NCBI GenBank assembly: GCA_964016885.1
Contig: OZ024741.1
Span: 160,828,001 to 160,892,000 of the forward strand
Source: Eledone cirrhosa
Lineage: Eukaryota
Reading direction: 5' to 3'
DNA length: 64,000 nt
The position numbers and the translations under genes were made by a program. This document shows positions 1-10,798 of this stretch, piece after piece; position 1 is the stretch's first letter, and every line of letters begins with the position of its first letter. The notes beneath the pieces are model-generated. The model worked only from the letters and a program-made list of their open reading frames with translations. It was not told the DNA's origin and did no database searches.

Positions 1-156
1 TCTTTTAAACCTTTCGGACACACATTTGCATACTCAATCATAACATTCTATCACCCTCAATAAATGTAATATCTCCACTATCCAGGAAGCTCCAACTGTT
101 AAGGTTGTCTTTTTTCAGGGTATGTCAATATTTATTTATAAAACTAATCTGTATTG

Positions 157-222
157 TATTTTATCTGATGAAAGCGCACCATAATGTGCCTTGGTGGCCC
201 TTGAAATATGTATAATAAAATA
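157..222 (+). ncRNA. Putative minimal type I hammerhead ribozyme (Penelope-like element associated)
   Basis: Stem I TATTTTAT (157-164) pairs with ATAAAATA (215-222). Core CTGATGA at 165-171, imperfect stem II at 172-202, GAAA at 203-206, short near-palindromic stem III and an AUA cleavage triplet at 212-214. Confidence 0.55.
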
Positions 223-688
223 AATATAGTTTTATAAATATAGTTTCCATTTGTTAATATATTATATATATATATATATATTTATATTTAGCAAGTGTTT
301 GTGTTTATGTGATTGAATCCATAGCAAGTGAGTGAAGTATGTCTCAGTGAGTCAAGAGAATTGTTGCTATGAAGTATTGCCATAATCGATGAATCCAGTA
401 ATTGTAGTTGCTTGTTGTGGTGGTGAGAATATACAAATGAACAAGACACTGCTAATCTTTTAGAAAGAGGCCATGTAGCCGGTAAGAGTGTCAGACACCA
501 TGAGTTGCGGACGGGGTTAAGACAATTTGAAATCTTTACCACCATTAATTGTTAAAAAACAAATTAAAATCATTTAGTCGTTCATTCGTAACGTACGTTA
601 CGCTTTAGTTACATACACACACATCTACATGTAAATACATAAACAGATACAAACAACAGAAGAAAGGGGTTGGTGAAACGCTATAGCG

Positions 689-1555
689 ATGTGTGTTGCG
701 TCCCTTAAGAGTTTACCGGCTACATAGCCTATTCGTATGATTGGCGGCGTGATTTACTCTCAAATCATGGGCAATAATGAACAAACAGAAAGGTCTTTTA
801 ATATATTACCATGTATATTTATGATGTCTTTAATGTAGAATCTAAAAGTAGTGAATCCTACTAATCTTAGTTGAACTTGGTATACCTGGCCGGAACTGCC
901 TAGCCAACTTGGAAGCGGGTTTGTCTGTGGCAGAACGAAGAAGTTGACTGACTTGGGGGGGGGGGGGGGTCAACATTTCTAGTATTTATAAGGATGGGTT
1001 GCCTAGAAACACGAAACATAGTCTTTGATAATTTCCGTTTAAACAAAGGCCGTAAATCTAAACGGTGACAACAAAGGAATTGTTATTTAAGAGGTTAAAG
1101 GTTAATGTGTGTTGATATGTGACTATTTGATATGTGTGTTGCGTCCCTTAAGAGTTTACCGGCTACATAGCCTATTCGTATGATTGGCGGCGTGATTTAC
1201 TCTCAAATCATGGGCAACAGAAAGGTCTTTTAATATATTACCATGTATATTTATGATGTCTTTAATGTAGAATCTAAAAGTAGTGAATCCTACTAATCTT
1301 AGTTGAACTTGGTATACCTGGCCGGAACTGCCTAGCCAACTTGGAAGCGGGTTTGTCTGTGGCAGAACGAAGAAGTTGACTGACTTGGGGGGGTCAAAAT
1401 TTCTAGTATTTATAAGGATGGGTTGCCTAGAAACACGAAACATAGTCTTTGATAATTTCCGTTTAAACAAAGGCCGTAAATCTAAACGGTGACAACAAAG
1501 GAATTGTTATTTCAGAGGTTAAAGGTTAATGTGTGCTGATATGTGACTATTTGAT
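689..1555. repeat. Direct tandem duplication, two copies (689-1131, 1132-1555)
   Basis: Copies are near-identical apart from an 11-nt indel, a G-run of 15 versus 7 and a few substitutions. Confidence 0.95.
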
Positions 1556-3222
1556 AACAGATGTTTTATACACACACACATATATATATATATTCTAAAA
1601 AAATTAGTCGCTTCCGATTGAGTTGCGAGTCAGATTAGTTGAAAACAGGAAAAAAAAATCAAAATCAACTATTTCTCACCGAACCCCAACGGGTGCTTTT
1701 CTATAAATTTACCGAAATGGAATATTAGTTATCCCGTTCGTAAAACAATGGGATATGTAATAACTACTCTAGTACAAAATAATACATTGAAGTATTTTAT
1801 TCATCCTTCTGCGCAGTCGAAATGTTTTGTTTTTCTTCATTCTGAGAAAGCCCATGTACCATTCAGTGGACTAAATCCAACTCAGAAGTTGCAACGGACC
1901 GACAGATAGTGGTACCAGAAATGGGAAGACCAAAGACTAATGGAAAATATTGTTTCCTTCTTCCTAAATACCGCTTTTGCAAAATTTGGCTGGTGGGTAA
2001 TAAAAAAAAGACTATAGCGAGGAAGTTACTATAATTGTTGGCATAACTAATTTAGTGCTCTGCCAACTACCTGACTTTGTTTAATCCTAATCGTAAAAAA
2101 TTATGCATGTCATTAAAAAAACATTCATTATTAAGAAAGTTATAAGGAAACAAATTCGGCGGGGCACTAAAGTGTAGTTATGTACGATTGTCGTACAACG
2201 TTAATTCACTTCATATAATTCTAAAGACATCATATATACATTTAACAAGGAAGTTAATCATTGCTTGATACAATATACAGTGTTACAAAAAGTGAGTCAG
2301 AAAAAAAAAGAAGAAAGAATTGAATCTAAAACTATATCATTATATAATCGGCAGCACCGGGTAAACTGTGTCCGCGAACAAATTGTAATTTCCGGTTGTT
2401 GACAATTTACAGCACTTAAGCTCATCGAAGAGCTTCATTATTACTAAATTCTTCTCTACATCCCCTTTAAAAGACTCGAATTTTTTAAGCTTTTCTATCT
2501 AAGTAAGAAAAACATTTATGAGTGAAGAAGTTTCCATAGAGATTGAAGGTCGTGCGTCCAGTGATAAAAACACCCACAAAAACATATAAACAAAAGATGA
2601 CTTATAAAGCGTGAAATGTGTTACACATATGGTGAAACGAAATTATTCCAATGATCCTCTCCCTCAAAAAGCGACGAAAATCAATTTGCAAATTAATAGT
2701 TTAGAGTCTATTTAATTGAAATTTAAAACCAAAATAATAATATCTAATATACATGGATTTAAAATGATAAACATCTCACTAAGTTAAACTAGAGAACTTA
2801 TATATAGTGTGTATGTGTGTGTAATCACACACAGACACACCGAGAAAGTTTCTCTTCAAGGCCGGGCAAGGTGTTTTTGAGAAAGAAAAGCAATTGCATA
2901 CCATGCCACCGATAGTCTACAAAGGCTGATACACAGATGTCGCAACTCATTTTCGTAGCAACATGAAATGAAGTGTCTTGCTCAAGGGCACAACGCATTG
3001 GAGGGATTTACAAAAATTGTTTCATTAAGAAAGCATTTGTAACATTAAAAATGTTCTTATATAAATTGTGCTGGTAGGTTTTAATTAAAATAGGAACCCA
3101 TTATGATGGGTAGGTTCGTACCAGAAGGGTTAATAATGAGAAAGTAGATATATTACAAAGTCCCTCTGTATTTTTGATTATTTTCAAAATTATTTGAAGG
3201 CAATAGGTAGTGTCTTTCATTA

Positions 3223-3410
3223 CGGTGGATTGGTAGTACCGGTAGAGGGTCGGACGCAATGCTTTCCAGCATAGTTACGTCCCTTTACGGTCTGAGTTCA
3301 AATCCCGCCGAGGTTAACTTTGCCTTTCATCCTTACGGGGGTCGATAAAATAAAGTACCAGTAATGTACTGGGTAATTGATGCCCTTGTGCCAAAAGTAG
3401 AAACAATTAT
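3223..3410 (+). mobile_element. tRNA-derived SINE inserted into a TTAA MITE
   Basis: A-box-like TGGTAGTACCGG and B-box GAGTTCAAATCCC. Near-identical to copies at 37872-38057 (+) and 55037-55225 (-). The flanks rejoin as the MITE end (gtctttcatta|aaatatgg..aagggttaa). Confidence 0.85.
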
Positions 3411-3599
3411 AAATATGGAAACAAAAGGGTTAAGATCCATTTGTCTGAACCGATATGATTAGGGAAGATTTTAATATTTATATACGACTTCATTGAGTAA
3501 ATGATTTTATAACTCTTTTGTAGCCATATTTCTAACAAAAATATACCGCTTTAGTATTTTAATTATTACAACAATCAAGAATTCTTAGAATTTTTGTGT

Positions 3600-4042
3600 C
3601 AACCTTTACCTATCATCATGAATCTTGGGTAATGAACGAAAGAATGAGATCGCGAAAACCAGCGGCCAAAATGGATTCCTCCGAAGGGTCATTGGAGTAA
3701 CGTTACTCGATAAAGTGCGTAGCTCGGAGATCAGAGAGTCACTCCAGGTAGAGCCGCTACTTCTCCGAATTGAGAGATCACAGCTCCCATACTGTGGGCA
3801 TGTGGTTAAAATATCTCAGGGAAGAATTGCTGGACATATTTTACGGGTAAAACCACCCGGCAAGAGACTCAGGGGTAGACCCCGAGCAAAATGGTTGGAT
3901 AACATCTATGAGCTTGGCTGGTCACGCTTAGGAGTCCAGACGGATTAGTTGGAGACGATTGCTTCTGACAGGATTTGTTGGAAAGGGTGTTTGAGGACTC
4001 GGCCCCACGACCCTCTCACGAATATGTGGGCGAAGAAGAAGG
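3600..4042 (+). mobile_element. RTE-clade LINE 3' fragment
   Basis: ORF 3625-3948 (FLRRVIGVTLLDKVRSSEIRESLQVEPLLLRIERSQL..GHV..RGRPRAKWLD) is the typical RTE C-terminus, followed by a GAA-repeat tail. Confidence 0.85.
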
Positions 4043-5440
4043 ATTCTTAGAGGTTTTGTGAAATAGTGGTTTCTAATTTAGGCTCAAGGTCAGCAATTTG
4101 GGTGAGTGGGGAAATCCAATTATAACGGACCCAGTTCTTGAATAGTACTTTATTTTACCAACCCCGGATAGATGGAAGGCACAGTTAACCTCAGCGGGAT
4201 TTGAATCCAGAACGTAAAGATACACAAGTACTCTGCAAAGCATTTTTTCAAACAGCCTGAATATACTGTCAATCTACCGCTCTCCTTCAACTTAATAATA
4301 AAGTGCAATATATATTAACTGTATTATCTGTCATGTAATTATGAGATTTCAGTCCAGGTTTTGAATTTAAATTTAATTTGAACATTTTCATGGTTTTTAA
4401 TTTAGGCAAAAGACCAACGATTTCTTGTGGTAAGTGAAAGGTGATTTTATACATAATTGGTACTTTATTTTACCGACCCAAGAGGATTTAAACTAAAAAC
4501 ATAAAGGCCGTAACTAAATGCCACAAAGCATTTTTTCTGACGCCTCACCGACTCTGCTAATCTATCTTCCTTTCTTTTGTTTCATTTAAATATTATTTGT
4601 CAAATTTAAAAAGATTTATCCTTGTATTAAAGCCTTCCATTGTTATAAAATATATCACAAACAAACTGTTTTAAACAAGGTTCTCACATAAACTTGTGAT
4701 GTAAGGTTTATATGTGTGTCAATGTCTGTCTCTGTATCCCACAAGCCAGCAGTTTGACAAAAAGGATCGATAAAATAAGTACCAGACTTGAAAAAAAAAA
4801 AAGAAAAAAAGAAACAAGTACAGGCGTCGATATAACCTTATAAATCTCTTCAAGGCTGAGGTTCAGAATGACGACAGTCTAATGAATGAAACCAGCAAAA
4901 GAAAAAATAGGATGTTTTTTTCCCCTCTTCACAGTATAATGATTTCTAATTTTGGAACAAGCCAGCAATTTGGTAGGGAAGAGAACGTCGATAATACCGA
5001 CCTTAGTATTTAACTGGTACTGTATTTTATCGACCAAAGAAGGATAAAAGGTAAAGTTGACTCCTATGGGATTAGAACTCAGAAAGTAAAGAGTCAGAAC
5101 AAATACTGCATTAGCATTTTACCAATTTCGCCAATCCACCACTCTTCCTTTTCACAATATTATAAAATCTTGTTTTCTCCTCACCCCAAGCGGATAAATC
5201 TTCTTAAAACGAAATGTATAGGGTGGCAAATTTACAGTGTCGTTAAAGAGTCGAACAAATGCGTAGCAGTACTTGCTCCAGTTCTTTACGTTTTGAGTTC
5301 AATTTCCACTGCAATCAACTTTGCTTTCATCTTTTCGAGGTCGATAAAATAAAAATTACAGGTTTTGTCTCGAAGTAGAAATGGTTATGAACGAAAAGTA
5401 AAAGTACATCATTTGATCCGTTTCGCCTTTTGTATCCATC

Positions 5441-5570
5441 AAACGTGGCAAGCGAGAAGAATCATCACGTGGTCACTTACGTCACTATTCAACGTTTTTC
5501 TAGAATCCTCTCTCCAGATAAATAGTTGAGCTGGCCGAAAACACACCTTATATATATATATAACATATAT
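5441..5570 (+). promoter_or_regulatory. Candidate DNAJA promoter (ACGTGG, E-box, CRE-like site, HSE-like site, TATA-rich run)
   Basis: AACGTGG (~5442), CACGTG (5466-5471), TTACGTCA (5477-5484) and TTCTAGAAtcCTC (5498-5510), followed by (TA)n. A possible donor G|GTATAT lies at 5718. No transcript evidence. Confidence 0.5.
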
Positions 5571-6127
5571 ATATATATTGTTATATACTTATATATATAT
5601 AGAGGTGTAAAGCACCTACTATATTGTATTAATAACTTTACTAGTGGCTAGCCCCTTTTTTCAACGACTTGTTGAACTTTATTACCAAGAAGAATAAGGA
5701 AAAACAAACACAGAACGGTATATAATAATTTATTATAAGTATTATTTTTTCCTTTGAAAATTAAGAAGAAAAAAATATTAATTTAATGTGATCGCATTTC
5801 TTTCAGTGGCTGAAATAGCGATGAAAAAATATTAATATATTTAAATTAGAAAGTTAATCAATTCTCCATTTTTTTTTTTTTTCTTTTTTTTTTCTTTTTC
5901 TAAACAAAAAATTAATTGGTTGATTTTATTTCGTAACTGCAACTGTATATAGATGTATATAATGTACATTATGTATGTGTGAGCACTTTAATAGATTCTT
6001 AGAATGATTATATTCGCACACATTACATTCACTAATATCTCTCTATATATATGTCTGTGTAACATTAGCCATGGGGGCACATCGTAAACGTATAATGTAA
6101 AGGCGATTTTCGTCCTCTATATGCATA

Positions 6128-6169
<42 letters not shown>

Positions 6170-7127
6170 TGCATACTGTATAAAGATCCCCGTCTCTCTT
6201 TCTCTGTTAAAAATGTCGCTAAAATCAAAATGTGTCGAATCGCCTCTTGTAATTAAGCGAACCATATGACTGAATGTGGTATTTAGAAATGCTGGGAAAA
6301 TATAGACAAAAGAGAAAATACAAAAGGTGAAAATTAGAATGTCAAAAAGACTAAATATGTCTCTGAGGTTTCGCAGGCAATATAAATATATGAATTTTGA
6401 ATATATATTTTAAAGCTATTCTCTATCTTTTCTCCATTATGGTAATAAAGTAACGTTTTTATGGTTATCAATTCTTAGCTTCTCTTTCATGGAAATTGAA
6501 GCGGAAATATCGAGAAAACTAGTAGTTGCCCCCGTCGCTCCTATTTTCATTATATTCGTAATTTCATATTATCCACGTGCTGCTGATTATATATATATAT
6601 TATATATATAAAGATGAGTAGGAACGAGGTGTTAAAAGTATCATTAAGTTATCTATATCAACTTAATATATATACTCAATACGTAGTTTATTTATTTGAT
6701 GCGACCGATTCCTGCCGTGGACATCTCAACTTTATATTTAACCACTACATAAAACTACTACATTGTCACATGTATCTTTTTCTTGGATTATAATTTCGGG
6801 TTAAATTTTGATGCCTCGTTGACCCGGATATCAGTATCATATATTGTCTAATTTGCTGATCGAACTCATCGTCGATCACGACGGAGGTTCATTCTTAATT
6901 TGTGTATTTGTACACAAGCACATATACTAAAGTATTTTGTGAAGTTTTGTGTCTTTAAAATACACATTTTCAAATTAACGAATTGTTTTGTTCAAAATGT
7001 CAGCTAAGCCGGTTGGGTTGTCTGTTTAGTTTGCATAATTAATATCGGAGAGGATCCTTTTAAAACATGTTTGCTGCCATTTTCCATGTAACTATATGCC
7101 AAAAGAGCTAGATTTCCCCTCCATTAT

Positions 7128-7158
<31 letters not shown>

Positions 7159-7240
7159 AACTACATGCGCATGGATATATTATACAAAACCTTTTCTACT
7201 TTTGAATTTAGTTCTTGTCCTCCTATGAACACTTCAGCCA

Positions 7241-7255
7241 TTTCTAGAACATTCC
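7241..7255. promoter_or_regulatory. Perfect three-unit heat shock element
   Basis: tTTCt aGAAc aTTCc, matching nTTCn nGAAn nTTCn, upstream of an Hsp40 CDS. Confidence 0.5.
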
Positions 7256-9244
7256 AATGAAACTCATTTGAAAATATGGAAAGAATAAAAATCGCCCATG
7301 TTATTGATATTTTTCTGTTAATGTGTGTGCTTGAATATATATATATATGCATACATATGCCTGTTTTCAAACACTTTTGGGTTACATGGAAACGAAAAGA
7401 CAAATTGGTCCCCATTTTTTTTTTTTTTAATATCCGTAGTCGAAATTAGTTTTGTATTTAAATATAAGTAGTTTAGCAAACTTTTGGTGCATTTAATTTT
7501 CGTCAGATCTCTATATAATTTTGGTTTAATCTTTTATTAGCATATTTTTAATGGAAGACACTGCCTATGATTTTCAAATCATTGAGAAATAAAGAATTTG
7601 AAGGAATTCAGTAATATAACCAAGTTAACTTGTTTTGAATGTAACAAAGGTTATATAATATTATGATAGAATGTTTTTAGATAAACACACACATATATAT
7701 ATATATATATATATTCATATTCATCAAAAGAAAGTTTTGTATCTTAAAATCAGGGGCGGTTTCAAATCAAAGGGTTAAATAAATGGTTTGTGTGTGTGTA
7801 AAGATGTTACTAATTAGATATTAGGAAAACCATTATTCAACCCACTACTTAAAAGTAGTGTAGATATTTAATACATGTAAACTGGATGAATGGTGTAAGC
7901 TTGACCGTCGGTTTTAAATGTATTAAATAATATATGTATGTATACAATGTCCTGTCCTGTACTTAACACAAGACTTACTAATTGGTGCCCAGTTGGATGA
8001 TTATCTAGGTATATTTTAGTCACTTTTAATTAGCTTCTTTTTATTTGTCCACGAGTAAGTGTAGAGGGGAGGTACTGATTTGTAAGAATAACATTTTGTT
8101 TAATGACCGCATTTGTTTACGGCAATCAGTCCTATTTCATTTTTTTAAATTTTTATCTGAAGACAAGTCTTGTACTTGTGATTTATATAATTCCGTCTTT
8201 GTGTAATATTTTTAACGAAACATTAATTTGAACTAGTTGGTATCCATTACAAATTCGATAATTAATCTTTTTGCTAGCTAACCGCCTCTGCTTTTATACG
8301 AAACTGTTTTAGTGTTTATACTTATTTAAAAACCATAATTCCATGTAACAACTTTAAAGTTATGTTCCAAACACCAGCTTAACATTTTCCAAATTCTTAA
8401 TTTATTAATAAATTTGAAAATTCTAGGCAGCCTTTCATTAGATATACGGTAACGAAATGGTTAAAATACAATGGTTGCAAGAATACTTTCCCCCTTTTTC
8501 TTCGCAAACGTTTTGTAGGACGAGGTTGTAAATATTTATAGTGATTGGTAATTAATAAAGACGATTTGTTAAATAATAATGGGTTTCTAGATTGCTGAAT
8601 AATTTGTTTTTGGTGAATTTTATTTTAATTTTTGTCGACATTCCTGCTTATAGCTATTATCTAAATTAATCGGCGAAAAATACAAAAAAAAAAAAAAAAA
8701 ATTCAATGAAAAACGCCTTTTCTTAAATCCTCTGAATTGTCGTTGAGATGTTTTCCGTTTTATTTTTAGATGAGCTTTATGGAATTTTTTTAAATGGGTT
8801 ACCCCTGAGTTATGATTGATCTTTAAAATCATATAACCTCATTTCACGAAAAAAAGTTATATTTACAATATGTATGCAGGTGAATTGGTGGAAATCTTAG
8901 TTTAAGAGGGTATAAATATATATTATTTAAAAGTTTAAACCGAAATTAGGATTAAAATAGTGAATTTTTTTTTTCCCCACGACTAAAAATAAACACCCAT
9001 GGCTAGACAGATTGTCCAAAGTATCAATTCATATTAAAAGGATTTTTTTTTTTTCTACAATATTTAAATTTTGGCTACCATTGATAATAGATCTCTTTTA
9101 GAGAAATAAAAAATATCATCCGATTCACCGGATTCATTGTGCGCGTGCATACATTTTAGTTTCCTCATCGGCTTGTCTCAGATGTTTTCATTTTCACATA
9201 TTTATTGTTAATGATACACTAATTATATTTGTTATTACTATCCT

Positions 9245-9340
9245 TGAATAAAATAAAAGTTAGCAACGATAGTAATAATGGTTTCTTATATATATATAAG
9301 AAACCATTATTAATATCCTTGCTTACTTTTATTTTATTCA
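9245..9340. repeat. 96-bp near-perfect palindrome centred on (TA)n
   Basis: The 48-nt arms are reverse complements with 3 mismatches. Confidence 0.9.
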
Positions 9341-9955
9341 TATTTTAAATTGAAATTTTGTAAAATTAGTGCACAGCTGTTATTCAAATCTGTTTTAGCT
9401 TTTTTTCTTTATAATGTCTGTATTTCATCAAATAGTTATCTTGAACCATTTTGTACTTTTATTAGATTTCATATGGATTTGACTGACCCCTGCAAGCGTG
9501 GTAAAATGGATTTATTATTAATTGTATAAATCCCATCATTGTTTAGTTTCATATTCTCACCATACAACAAGGAAAAAGCAGATTTTATGTCCTTTATTTG
9601 CTAGTAGTCATTCTTTTGATCTGATATTTAATAAACTTGGGTAGTTTAATAGCCATGTTTTGCTCATGTAAGGTCGTGCTGGTGCTGCAACAAAAAGAAC
9701 CCAGTTCACTATGTAAAGAGGTTGGTGTTAGGACGGGCATTTAGCTGAATAAAGCAAGCTAAAATGGAATATATAAACAGGATGTGGTCATCTGACCACA
9801 GCAGGCAACAATCCATCCAACTCTTATAGGCATAACAAATAATGGATGATTAAGACTGAAATAATGAGAATATCATACTGGATGCTTGATGATGATGAGC
9901 ATTCAGTTTGATCAACTGATTGTCAAAACTTGTGAATTAACGTAACTGATTGAGT

Positions 9956-10057
9956 GTCCCTACAGACAAGCTGAATTAGCATGACAATGTGACAAAGTAA
10001 TTCAAAGGTCCAGCTTTGTCGCACAGTGTCATGCTAATTCAGCTTGTCTGTAGGGAC
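9956..10057. repeat. Inverted repeat / hairpin
   Basis: 31-bp perfect outer stem (gtccctacagacaagctgaattagcatgaca), further imperfect pairing and a 16-nt loop. Confidence 0.9.
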
Positions 10058-10353
10058 TTTTATTTTAGTGTATGCAGTTGAGTATTCCAAACATGTGCCA
10101 TTAACGTAATACTCCAAGCTGAATCACCATCAGTGTGACTAGGTTGGGCCTTTGAATGGGATTGAACATAGGTCCTCAGAATTGAAGCAAATTTCTCCAC
10201 TAAGTAATGCCTACATTCATGGATGTTTTGAAATAAGTATCTAGCCAGCACCTGCCTTTCCATTGCTTACTTTCATTATTAAACATTTTTGTTCTTTAAC
10301 ACTTAATACCAAACTGTCCTTGGTTTTATGATGCAAATCTTTGTTTTAAGGAG

Positions 10354-10400
<47 letters not shown>

Positions 10401-10666
10401 TCCTAAAATCCTTTCATCATAATTGTATGTAAGAACCTTTAAGTTACAAATCACCTGCTCAACGAGAAAATTAGTTATATTACTAAATCCCTACAAATCC
10501 TTGATTATTTTCAAAATGGTTTGAAAGTCATAAGCATTGAGTCTTTTATTAGAAATATGGTAATGAAAGGATTAATAATTTTCCTTTTTTTACTCTTTGC
10601 AAATGTTCAAAACAAAACCTCATTTGAAATTAAATTTGTTTTTCCTACCAGGTATAAAGATTCAGA

Positions 10667-10798
10667 ATGGTGAAAGAAACGGGTTATTATGACACACTGG
10701 GTATTTCCCCAACTGCGGCTCCAGAAGAGATTAAGAAAGCTTATCGAAAATTGGCACTAAAGTACCATCCTGACAAAAATCCAAATGAAGGGGAAAGA
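10667..10798 (+). CDS. DNAJA1: DNAJA coding exon 1 (J domain)
   Basis: [44 protein letters not shown]|gtaagt. An acceptor (tttcctaccag) ends at 10651, implying an upstream non-coding exon. Confidence 0.95.

Noticed and set aside
288-545. 85-aa minus-strand ORF
   Set aside because: No recognisable motif, no clear splice sites and no support from other frames.
1156-1470. 104-aa ORF in the duplicated unit
   Set aside because: The frame is broken in the other copy by indels, and no domain is recognisable.
1679-1989. Possible coding exon of a divergent gene
   Set aside because: All three minus-strand frames contain stops; kept only as a possible non-coding exon.
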